NCBI GenBank assembly: GCA_012837585.1
Contig: DUQW01000017.1
Location: 1-59,041 of the forward strand
Direction: 5' to 3'
DNA: 59,041 nucleotides
From: Acholeplasmataceae bacterium
GTDB lineage: Bacteria > Bacillota_I > Bacilli_A > Acholeplasmatales > Acholeplasmataceae
How positions within the stretch are numbered: the first letter of the stretch is position 1; the number at the start of each line of letters is the position of its first letter. A program made the translations under genes and the position numbers. Positions 1 through 8,142 of the stretch are shown piece after piece. The notes below the pieces were generated by a model. That model did no database searches. It was not told the origin of the DNA and worked only from the letters and a program-made list of their open reading frames with translations.

Positions 1-117
<117 letters not shown>

Positions 118-128
118 TTTACACATAA

Positions 129-156
129 AGAGAGCTAAATAGCTCTCTTTTTTTTT
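129..156 (+). terminator. rho-independent terminator after tpiA
   Basis: agagagct / aaat loop / agctctct (8-bp stem) followed by T8. Confidence 0.8.
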
Positions 157-239
157 ATGTTATTATATGGAAAAGTGTAAAAAAAGTTTGATTTTCTATA
201 TGTAAAAACGTAAACTTGTATTAGAGGTATGCGAAATTT

Positions 240-1202
240 ATGAAATATATTAATTTGAAAAAATACGGAAGACAAAAAGATTCATTTTACTTTGCATTAG
301 AAAAATATCTTTTAACGATTGACGGAGATTATTCTTTTTTATGGACAGTATTTCCAGCAGTAATTATTGGAAAACATCAAATTATTAATCAAGAAATTAA
401 CCAACAAGCGTTAGAAAAAAATAATATCGGATTATTTAGACGCCAATCAGGAGGGGGAGCAGTATATTCTGATGAAGGATGTATTAAATATACATTTATT
501 TCTAAAACGTTAAGTAAAGATGATCTTTATTTTTATTCACTTAATAAAATTAAAGACTTTTTAAAAATTTTAGGGCTTGACGCTGAGTTTTCCGGAAGAA
601 ATGATATATTAATTAATGGTTATAAATTTTCCGGTAATGCTTACTATCAAACAAAAGACGGAAGGGTTTTACATGGCACCATCCTTTTTGATACTGATTT
701 AGGAAAAATGTCAAAAGTTTTAACTCCAACTAAAGAAAAACTAGAATCCAAAGGAGTTAAATCTGTTCGATCAAGAGTAACTAATTTATCTAATTTAGTT
801 AACTTAAGCAGAGAAGAATTTATTTGTTTACTTGAAAAATATCTTAATCAAAATGAAAAGAATTTATCAATAGAAGAAGAAAAAATAATTAATAATTATA
901 AAAAAGAGTTTGAAACGATTGAATGGATTTATCAAGATAAATTAATTTATCCCGAAATTAAAAGAAAAAGATATAATTTTGGCGAAGTAGTCTTAAATTA
1001 TCAGTTACATAATGGTATAATAAAAGCAATGAAAGTGTTAGGAGACTTCTTTGAAAAAGAAGAAGTTAATCAATTAGAGAAAAGTTTAATAAATTTTGAT
1101 TTAAAATCTTTAGAATTACCAATAGATGTATCTAATTATATTGAAAATATGACAAATGAAGAGTTTTTAAATTTATTGAAAGGACAAGATACAAATGAGT
1201 GA
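240..1202 (+). CDS. lplA: lipoate-protein ligase A
   Basis: 320 aa with the RRQSGGGAVYSDEG signature of lipoate-protein ligases. The 8-nt overlap with the gcvT start implies co-translation with the gcv genes. Confidence 0.9.
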   Translation: MKYINLKKYGRQKDSFYFALEKYLLTIDGDYSFLWTVFPAVIIGKHQIINQEINQQALEKNNIGLFRRQSGGGAVYSDEGCIKYTFISKTLSKDDLYFYSLNKIKDFLKILGLDAEFSGRNDILINGYKFSGNAYYQTKDGRVLHGTILFDTDLGKMSKVLTPTKEKLESKGVKSVRSRVTNLSNLVNLSREEFICLLEKYLNQNEKNLSIEEEKIINNYKKEFETIEWIYQDKLIYPEIKRKRYNFGEVVLNYQLHNGIIKAMKVLGDFFEKEEVNQLEKSLINFDLKSLELPIDVSNYIENMTNEEFLNLLKGQDTNE

Positions 1203-2262
1203 AAACATCCCTTTTTGGCTAAAGAAAACCCCACTTTATGAAACTTTAAAAGAGGCTGGTGGCCAGTTTGTTGAGTATGCAGGATTTTTTATGCCTGTCA
1301 ATTTTGAAAAAGGAATTATTAGTGAACATCAAACGACAAGAAATAATGTAACTTTTTTTGATATTTCACATATGGGTAAAATCTTTATTACTGGTAATGA
1401 CGCAACTAAGTTTTTAAATTATGTTTCAACAAACAATATCGAAAAAACTAAAGACTACGGTATGCAATACCAAGTAATATGTAACCCGGATGGTGGAGTT
1501 ATTGATGATTTAATGGCTTATAAATATTCACCTGATAAGATTTTGTTAATTTGTAATGCCGCTAATACTGATACTTTATATAATTATTTACTTGAAGAAA
1601 GTAAATCGTATGAAGTAGAAATTAATAATTTAGATGATAGTATTGCCGCCATTGCTGTTCAAGGACCAAACTCAGAAAAAGCTTTAGAAAAACACTTTAA
1701 ACTCGAAGATTTAAAATATATGGAGTTTGTTGACTTAAATGGATTTATCGTTTCAAGAAGTGGTTATACAGGAGAAGATGGCTTTGAAATTTATAGTAGT
1801 CCAGATAAAATTATTAAACTAGTAAAAGACTTATTAAAAGAGGGTGTTGATCCAGCTGGACTAGGAGCAAGAGATACATTACGCTTTGAAGCGGGATTAC
1901 CATTATACGGGCATGAAATGGCCGATTATATCTCGCCAGTTCAAGCCGGAATGAATTTCGCGATTGACTTTGAAAAAGAACATTTTGTTGGAAAAGAAGC
2001 TCTTTTAAAACAAAAAGAAAACTTAGAAGAAAAAGTTTACGGTCTTGAGTTAATCGACCGCGGTATTGCCAGACAAGGTCATGAAGTTTTCCTGGACGGA
2101 AAACATATTGGATTTGTTACATCAGGATTTATGATTCCTGGAACCAGAAACTCATATGCTAACGCACTACTTCAAGGCAAATATAAATTTGGTCAAGAAG
2201 TAGAAATTGAGATTAGAGGAAAAATGATTAAAGCTAAAGTAAGAAGAAAAAAATATTTATAA
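1195..2262 (+). CDS. gcvT: glycine cleavage system T protein (aminomethyltransferase)
   Basis: 355 aa. Typical GcvT motifs (FDISHMG, SRSGYTGEDGFEI, GLGARDTLRFEAGLPLYGHE). Confidence 0.95.
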   Translation: MSENIPFWLKKTPLYETLKEAGGQFVEYAGFFMPVNFEKGIISEHQTTRNNVTFFDISHMGKIFITGNDATKFLNYVSTNNIEKTKDYGMQYQVICNPDGGVIDDLMAYKYSPDKILLICNAANTDTLYNYLLEESKSYEVEINNLDDSIAAIAVQGPNSEKALEKHFKLEDLKYMEFVDLNGFIVSRSGYTGEDGFEIYSSPDKIIKLVKDLLKEGVDPAGLGARDTLRFEAGLPLYGHEMADYISPVQAGMNFAIDFEKEHFVGKEALLKQKENLEEKVYGLELIDRGIARQGHEVFLDGKHIGFVTSGFMIPGTRNSYANALLQGKYKFGQEVEIEIRGKMIKAKVRRKKYL

Positions 2263-2277
2263 AAAGGAGTAAATGAA

Positions 2278-2613
2278 ATGAGATATTACACTAAAACTGA
2301 AGAATGGGTATTAATTAAAGACGGATTAGCGTATGTTGGATTATCTGAATATGCAGCTAACGAATTAGGAGACATCGTATTTGTTGATTTACCAAGAGTT
2401 GGAGATCGTTTTAAAAAAGAAGAATCTTTTGGTGCAGTTGAATCAGTTAAAGCGGCAAGCGATTTATATATGCCAATTTCTGGTGAAGTTTATGAAGTAA
2501 ACGAACTACTAGAAGATAATCCGGAATTATTAAACGAAGATCCACTAAAAAACTATATTATTGTTTTAACTGGTATTAAAGAAGAAGAATTAAAGGATTT
2601 AATTTTAAAATAA
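2278..2613 (+). CDS. gcvH: glycine cleavage system H protein
   Basis: 111 aa with the lipoyl-lysine motif VESVKAASD. SD aaaggag lies upstream. Confidence 0.95.
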   Translation: MRYYTKTEEWVLIKDGLAYVGLSEYAANELGDIVFVDLPRVGDRFKKEESFGAVESVKAASDLYMPISGEVYEVNELLEDNPELLNEDPLKNYIIVLTGIKEEELKDLILK

Positions 2614-2614
2614 A

Positions 2615-3934
2615 ATGAAAACATTCAAATATTTTCCAAACACCGAAAAAGATATAAATGAAATGCTTGAAGTAGTTGGAGTAAAATCGGTTGATGACCT
2701 TTTTAAGGTTGTTCCAAAAAGTATTAAAAAGACAAGCGGCTTTAATTTAGGAGCACCTTTAAGTGAGCACGAGTTAAGAGAAAATTTTAACTCTATTTCT
2801 AGTAAAAATAAAATACTTGAAATATATCGCGGCGCAGGTTCATATGATCATATAACTCCATCAATTATTCCTTATTTAGTAAAAAGAGGCGAAATTTTAA
2901 CTTCTTATACACCTTATCAACCAGAAATATCTCAAGGAACGCTTCAATATATTTTTGAATTTCAAACAATGATTACTAGACTTACAGGTCTTGATGTTGC
3001 TAATGCGTCGATGTATGATGGTGCTACATCAACTGCTGAAGCAGTTTTATTAGCACTTAATCATACAAGAAAAGATAAAGTACTAGTAAGTGAAACTGTT
3101 GATCCAAGTATTGTAAGCGTTATTGAAACTTATGCAAGATATCAAGATATTGAAGTTGAAATGATCCCTCATCAAAACGGGGCAACGTCATTAAAATATA
3201 TTTCACAAAGTGATAATTTTGGAGCAGTAGTAGTTCAAAATCCAAACTATTTTGGATTAGTTGAAGATTATTCAGATTTCCAAGAAGTGATTAATGAAAA
3301 AGGGGCATTATTTATTATGAATAATGACCCGTCAACATTAGCAGTTATTAAATCACCAAAAGAATACGGAGTTGATATTGCAACTGGTGACGGTCAACCG
3401 TTAGGAATTCCACTATCTTTTGGTGGACCATATGTCGGATATATGGCGGTTGATAAAAAATTAATGAGAAAGATGCCGGGAAGAATCGTTGGGATGACTC
3501 ATGATGTTGATGGCAAAAGAGGATTTGTCTTAACGTTACAAGCAAGAGAACAACATATCCGCCGTTATAAAGCTACATCTAATATTTGTTCTAACCAATC
3601 ATTAATGGCACTTTGGGTTACTATCTATTTATCATTAATGGGACCAGACGGACTGGAAAAAGTTAACGAAATTTCTTATACTAACGCTCATTATCTAAAA
3701 CTAAAATTATTAAAGACAGGACACTTTAGTGAAGTATTTAATGATAACTTTATTAAAGAGTTTGTTTTAAGAGCAAATTTTGATGTGAAAAAAGTTGAAA
3801 AGAAGATGCTAAATAAAGGTTATTTATTTGGTCTTCCATTAGAGAATAATTTAGTTATGTTTGCAGCAACTGAAAAACTAAATAAAGCTAAAATTGATAA
3901 ATTTGTGGAGGTGTTAGAAGATGCGCTACGATAA
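2615..3934 (+). CDS. gcvPA: glycine dehydrogenase (decarboxylating) subunit 1
   Basis: 439 aa, split P-protein N-terminal subunit (TSYTPYQPEISQGTLQ motif). Lies directly after gcvH. Confidence 0.95.
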   Translation: MKTFKYFPNTEKDINEMLEVVGVKSVDDLFKVVPKSIKKTSGFNLGAPLSEHELRENFNSISSKNKILEIYRGAGSYDHITPSIIPYLVKRGEILTSYTPYQPEISQGTLQYIFEFQTMITRLTGLDVANASMYDGATSTAEAVLLALNHTRKDKVLVSETVDPSIVSVIETYARYQDIEVEMIPHQNGATSLKYISQSDNFGAVVVQNPNYFGLVEDYSDFQEVINEKGALFIMNNDPSTLAVIKSPKEYGVDIATGDGQPLGIPLSFGGPYVGYMAVDKKLMRKMPGRIVGMTHDVDGKRGFVLTLQAREQHIRRYKATSNICSNQSLMALWVTIYLSLMGPDGLEKVNEISYTNAHYLKLKLLKTGHFSEVFNDNFIKEFVLRANFDVKKVEKKMLNKGYLFGLPLENNLVMFAATEKLNKAKIDKFVEVLEDALR

Positions 3935-5369
3935 AATTATTTTTGAAATATCAAACGAAGGTCAAATTGGGCATGATTTATACACTAAGACAAATAATCT
4001 TTCTAAGCTACCTAAAAACTTAAAAAGATCAACAAGAGTTAACTTACCAGAAGTTAGTGAACCAATGGTTGTAAGGCATTATACTAACTTAAGTAATAAG
4101 AACTTTGGGGTTGATACAGGATTTTATCCACTTGGTTCTTGTACGATGAAATATAATCCAAAGATTAACGAAGAAATGGCTTCGCTTGTACATTTCGCAG
4201 CATCTCATCCACTAGCTCCTGAAAGTGCTAATCAAGGTTCTTTAGAGTTAATGTATGAAACGGATTTATTACTACGTGATATAACCGGAATGGATTATTT
4301 TTCACTTGCTCCGTTTGCCGGAGCTCACGGTGAATTACTAGGATTATGGATTATTAAAGAGTATCACCGCTTTCGAAAAGATTATAAGAGAAATAAAATT
4401 ATTATTCCTGATAGTGCACATGGTACTAACCCAGCCAGTGCAGCAGTAGCCGGATTTGAAATTTTAGAAGTGAAGTCAAATGCTGATGGTACTGTAAACG
4501 TTGATGATTTAAAAACATTACTATCTGATGAAGTTGCTGGTATTATGTTAACTAATCCAAATACTTTAGGAATTTTTGAAAAAGATATTTTAACGATTTC
4601 CAAATTAATTCATGACTGCGGCGGATTACTATATTATGACGGTGCTAATTTAAATGCGTTATTAGGTCAAGGTAAACCAGCCCATATGGGATTTGATATC
4701 GTTCACTTAAACGTTCATAAAACTCTATCAGCACCACATGGTGGTGGTGGACCAGGAGCTGGTCCGGTAGGAGTAGTTAAAGAATTATTTGACTTTTTAC
4801 CAAGTCCAATAGTTAGGAAAAAAGGAAATAAATATCAGTTTTATAATCCTAAAAAATCAGTAGGAAAAATTGGACGTTTTTACGGTAACTTCCAAGTTAT
4901 CGCTAAAACGAATGCTTATATTAAGACATTAGGTAATGAAAATTTATCTAAAGTAGGAGGGCTTGCTGTACTTAATGCTAACTATATTAGAAAATCATTA
5001 GAAAATGAATATAAAGTTGCAATTAATGATATTTGTATGCACGAAGTAGTCTTTGACGGACTAGTTGATAAATCAACAGGAATTAAAACTTTAGATGTTG
5101 CTAAAAGATTACTTGATTACGGAGTTCATCCACCAACCGTATATTTCCCGTTAATTGTTCCAGAAGCATTAATGGTTGAACCTACTGAAACTGAATCAAA
5201 AGAAACATTAGATCATTTTATTAATGTAATGAAACAAATTAGTGTAGAAGCTAAAGAAACACCAGAGTTATTAAAAGAAGCACCGCATCATACATTAGTA
5301 AGAAGATTAGATGAAGTTTCGGCTGCAAGAAATCCAATTTTAAAATTTGATGATATTAAGGAAGAATAG
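3921..5369 (+). CDS. gcvPB: glycine dehydrogenase (decarboxylating) subunit 2
   Basis: 482 aa with the PLP-lysine region HLNVHKTLSAPHGGGGPG. Overlaps gcvPA by 14 nt. Confidence 0.95.
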   Translation: MRYDKIIFEISNEGQIGHDLYTKTNNLSKLPKNLKRSTRVNLPEVSEPMVVRHYTNLSNKNFGVDTGFYPLGSCTMKYNPKINEEMASLVHFAASHPLAPESANQGSLELMYETDLLLRDITGMDYFSLAPFAGAHGELLGLWIIKEYHRFRKDYKRNKIIIPDSAHGTNPASAAVAGFEILEVKSNADGTVNVDDLKTLLSDEVAGIMLTNPNTLGIFEKDILTISKLIHDCGGLLYYDGANLNALLGQGKPAHMGFDIVHLNVHKTLSAPHGGGGPGAGPVGVVKELFDFLPSPIVRKKGNKYQFYNPKKSVGKIGRFYGNFQVIAKTNAYIKTLGNENLSKVGGLAVLNANYIRKSLENEYKVAINDICMHEVVFDGLVDKSTGIKTLDVAKRLLDYGVHPPTVYFPLIVPEALMVEPTETESKETLDHFINVMKQISVEAKETPELLKEAPHHTLVRRLDEVSAARNPILKFDDIKEE

Positions 5370-6131
5370 ATGTTAATTGATACACATGTTCATTTAAATA
5401 TAGATGAATTTAAAGATCGTTTAGATGAGGTAGTAAAAAATGCCAAAGATAACGATGTTTTATCCATGGTTATTGTTGGGATTGGCGGTAAAACTAATGA
5501 AGTGGCAATAGAGATTGCAAAAAAATATAATTTATTAGCATCTGTTGGAGTTCATCCCAGTAATGCCGCAACTCATTCTTTTAATGATGTTTTAAAATAT
5601 GTGGATTGCCAAAAAGTTGTAGCAATCGGTGAAACTGGTCTTGATTTGTATTGGACCGAAAACCAAAAGACTTTACCGGAACAAGTAGTAATGTTTCGCA
5701 AGCATATTGAGCTTGCAATCAAGAAAAATCTTCCATTAATCATTCATGTTAGAAATTCTTTTGAAGAAACTTATGAAATACTAAAAGAATATAAAGGTAG
5801 GGTTAGTGGAGTATTTCACTGTTTCACCTTAGGTCTTGAAGAAGCACGTAAAATTATTGATTTGGGCTTCTATTTAGGATTAGGCGGCGTCTTAACTTTT
5901 AAGAACGCAAAAGAACTTCAAGAAGCCGTTAAACACGTGCCAAGAGATAAAATTATTATTGAAACTGACGCTCCTTATTTAGCGCCAGATCCTCATAGAG
6001 GTAAAAGAAATGAACCCGCATATGTTAAGTATGTAGCGATTAAACTTGCAGAATTATTAAACTTATCGTATGAAGAAGTAGCAAAAATTACTACACAAAA
6101 TGCTGAAAAATTATTTAAGCTAGGAGAATGA
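5370..6131 (+). CDS. tatD: TatD-family metal-dependent hydrolase/DNase
   Basis: 253 aa. N-terminal IDTHVHL and the ETDAPYL motif. ATG directly follows the gcvPB TAG. Confidence 0.9.
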   Translation: MLIDTHVHLNIDEFKDRLDEVVKNAKDNDVLSMVIVGIGGKTNEVAIEIAKKYNLLASVGVHPSNAATHSFNDVLKYVDCQKVVAIGETGLDLYWTENQKTLPEQVVMFRKHIELAIKKNLPLIIHVRNSFEETYEILKEYKGRVSGVFHCFTLGLEEARKIIDLGFYLGLGGVLTFKNAKELQEAVKHVPRDKIIIETDAPYLAPDPHRGKRNEPAYVKYVAIKLAELLNLSYEEVAKITTQNAEKLFKLGE

Positions 6132-6132
6132 C

Positions 6133-6597
6133 ATGTACAGTCAAAAACTATTTGATTTACTAACAACCAAAAACTTAACAATCACTTTCGCAGAAAGTAT
6201 AACTGGCGGGTTACTATCGGCAAATTTAGTAAAATTTTCAGGCGCTAGTAAAATCTTAAAACGATCTTACGTTGTTTATAGTGCTGAAGCCAAAAAGGAT
6301 ATTTTAAAAGTACCAGCTTCGATAATTGATAAATACGGAGTGGTTTCCAAAGAAGTTGCTGAAGCAATGAATGATGGATTACAACAAATATCAAAAGCCG
6401 ATATATATGTATCAATAACTGGTAATGCCGGACCTACATATGAGGAGGATATCCCAAAACAACTTGCTTATGTTTCAATAAGGACTAAAGACAAAAACCA
6501 AGTTCTTAAAATAACATTAAATTCCAAAATCAGATTGAAAAATTTTGAAGAGGCTGTTAATTTTACTTATAAATCAATTATTGATTTAATTGAATAA
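6133..6597 (+). CDS. cinA: CinA C-terminal-domain protein (PncC-like nicotinamide-nucleotide amidohydrolase)
   Basis: 154 aa with an ESITGGLLS motif (the ESCTGG equivalent) and ITGNAGP. Confidence 0.85.
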   Translation: MYSQKLFDLLTTKNLTITFAESITGGLLSANLVKFSGASKILKRSYVVYSAEAKKDILKVPASIIDKYGVVSKEVAEAMNDGLQQISKADIYVSITGNAGPTYEEDIPKQLAYVSIRTKDKNQVLKITLNSKIRLKNFEEAVNFTYKSIIDLIE

Positions 6598-6624
6598 CTA
6601 CAAGAAACGCCTTAGATACTGTTC

Positions 6625-6654
6625 TTGACTTCGAATATATGTAATGAGTATATT
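6625..6654 (+). promoter_or_regulatory. sigma-70-type promoter for the small lipoprotein gene
   Basis: TTGACT (6625-6630), 18-nt spacer, TATATT (6649-6654). SD agggg at 6657-6661 lies 9 nt before ATG 6671. Confidence 0.5.
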
Positions 6655-6670
6655 GTAGGGGTGATATACA

Positions 6671-6911
6671 ATGAAAAAACTATTAAGAAAACTAATTTTT
6701 GGCTTGTTTTTTGGTTGTATTAGTTGGATGTTCTTCTAAATATATCCAAAACAAACAGTATGATAAGTCGGTAGAAATAAAAAACAATTATTATGAAGGA
6801 ACTATTAAACGAGAAAACACATCCTATCAAATTTTAATTACTTTCGTTGAAACAAAAGATAATAAATTTATGTCAATGAAAGTTACATTTAATGAAAAAG
6901 TATATATATAA
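6671..6911 (+). pseudogene. small lipoprotein gene interrupted by a 1-nt frameshift in a T tract
   Basis: The ATG 6671 frame gives MKKLLRKLIF... and stops at 6737-6739. The ORF from TTG 6699 continues LACFLVVLVGCSSK... to 6911. Removing one T from T5 (6696-6700) yields MKKLLRKLILACFLVVLVGC|SSK, a canonical lipoprotein signal peptide with lipobox. Confidence 0.7.
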
Positions 6912-6961
6912 AACTCATCACGTGAAGATATTCGAATAAATTAATAAATAACCTATATTAC

Positions 6962-6990
6962 TTGTAATATAAGTTTCGATGTGTTAAAAT
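6962..6990 (+). promoter_or_regulatory. rpsF operon promoter (extended -10)
   Basis: TTGTAA (6962-6967), 17-nt spacer, TGtTAAAAT (6982-6990). Confidence 0.5.
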
Positions 6991-7051
6991 AATAAACGTT
7001 GTAAAACCTTGTCACTTTAGTGACCAATAGACCAAAAGGAGGAAAAGAAAA

Positions 7052-7339
7052 ATGAGAAAGTATGAAATAATGTACATCATTAGACCATCTTTAGAATCAG
7101 AAGCGATTAAAGAAGTAGTTGCTTACTTCAACGAAGTATTAACTTCTAACAATGCTAACGTTTTAGAGTTCAAAGAGTGGGGTCTACGTGATCTAGCCTA
7201 TGAAATTGAAAAACATAAAAAAGGCTACTATGTATGGCTTAAAGTTGAAGCTGATGTTCCAGGAATTAACGAATTTAACCGTTTAATCAGAATCAACGAA
7301 AGCGTTATTCGCTATATCATAGTTAAAGAAGGAGAATAA
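7052..7339 (+). CDS. rpsF: 30S ribosomal protein S6
   Basis: 95 aa starting [12 protein letters not shown]. Strong SD aaaggagg. Conserved rpsF-ssb-rpsR order. Confidence 0.97.
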   Translation: MRKYEIMYIIRPSLESEAIKEVVAYFNEVLTSNNANVLEFKEWGLRDLAYEIEKHKKGYYVWLKVEADVPGINEFNRLIRINESVIRYIIVKEGE

Positions 7340-7341
7340 TC

Positions 7342-7743
7342 ATGTTAAACAGAGTAGTATTAGTAGGACGAATCACTAGAGATCCTGAATTAAAGTATAC
7401 ACAATCGAATATTCCGGTTGTTAGTTTTACTTTAGCAGTAAATAGACCTTACCTAGATTCAATTACAGGTGAGCGTCAAGCTGATTTTATCCAATGTGTT
7501 GTTTGGAGAAAACAAGCTGAAAATTTAGCTAAATATGTTCAAAAAGGTGCATTATTAGGCGTTGACGGCAGGATTCAAACACGTACATATGAATCAGATC
7601 AAGGAACTCGCTATATCACTGAAGTAGTTTGTGATTCAGTTCAATTTTTAGAAACGAAAACTGAAGACACTAGTTCAAATAACGAAGACGATTTCTTCGA
7701 AGCAACTAGCAAATTATCAGTTGAAGACGATTTACCATTTTAA
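7342..7743 (+). CDS. ssb: single-stranded DNA-binding protein
   Basis: 133 aa. OB-fold N-terminus [16 protein letters not shown] and acidic C-terminal tip DDLPF. Confidence 0.97.
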   Translation: MLNRVVLVGRITRDPELKYTQSNIPVVSFTLAVNRPYLDSITGERQADFIQCVVWRKQAENLAKYVQKGALLGVDGRIQTRTYESDQGTRYITEVVCDSVQFLETKTEDTSSNNEDDFFEATSKLSVEDDLPF

Positions 7744-7755
7744 GGAGGAATAAAG

Positions 7756-7989
7756 ATGCAACAAAGAAGAGGCGGATTCAAAAGACGTCGTAAAGTTTGT
7801 TATTTCACACAAAATAAAGTTACTCACATCGATTTTAAAGATGTTGAATTATTAAAGAAATTTATTACTGATAGAGGTAAAATTCTACCAAGAAGAGTAA
7901 CAGGTACAAGTGCTAAATGGCAAAGACAACTTGCTACTGCAATCAAGCGTGCAAGACATATGGCATTATTACCATTTGTTAAAGAATAA
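7756..7989 (+). CDS. rpsR: 30S ribosomal protein S18
   Basis: 77 aa. RRRKVCYF N-terminus and the [25 protein letters not shown] motif. Confidence 0.97.
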   Translation: MQQRRGGFKRRRKVCYFTQNKVTHIDFKDVELLKKFITDRGKILPRRVTGTSAKWQRQLATAIKRARHMALLPFVKE

Positions 7990-7997
7990 TAATTATC

Positions 7998-8030
7998 AAA
8001 GTGGCACTAAAATTAGTGCCACTTTTTTTT
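7998..8030 (+). terminator. rho-independent terminator after rpsR
   Basis: aaagtggcacta / aaat / tagtgccacttt stem followed by a T run. Confidence 0.85.
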
Positions 8031-8087
8031 ACATTTTTAAAATACAATTTGAAATTTAATAAAATTTATTAAATTCAGCAGTTTCAA

Positions 8088-8116
8088 TTACTTTAATCTA
8101 ATATATGTGTTAAAAT
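8088..8116 (+). promoter_or_regulatory. gdpP-rplI-dnaB promoter (extended -10)
   Basis: TTACTT (8088-8093), 17-nt spacer, TGtTAAAAT (8108-8116). The 16-nt string atgtgttaaaataata is identical to the one at the rpsF promoter (6979-6994). Confidence 0.45.
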
Positions 8117-8142
8117 AATATTACGAAGAAAGAGGTGGACAA

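Noticed and set aside
118-239. Possible glycine riboswitch upstream of the gcv operon.
   Set aside because: The region is AT-rich and lacks the conserved GGAGAG...CACCG...GGGCAA-type cores. It holds only a terminator and promoter-like sequence.
5450-5470. DnaA-box-like sequence (ttatccatgg) and the idea that oriC lies in the window.
   Set aside because: It is a single imperfect box inside tatD coding sequence. There is no cluster of TTATCCACA-like boxes or an AT-rich unwinding element in any intergenic region.
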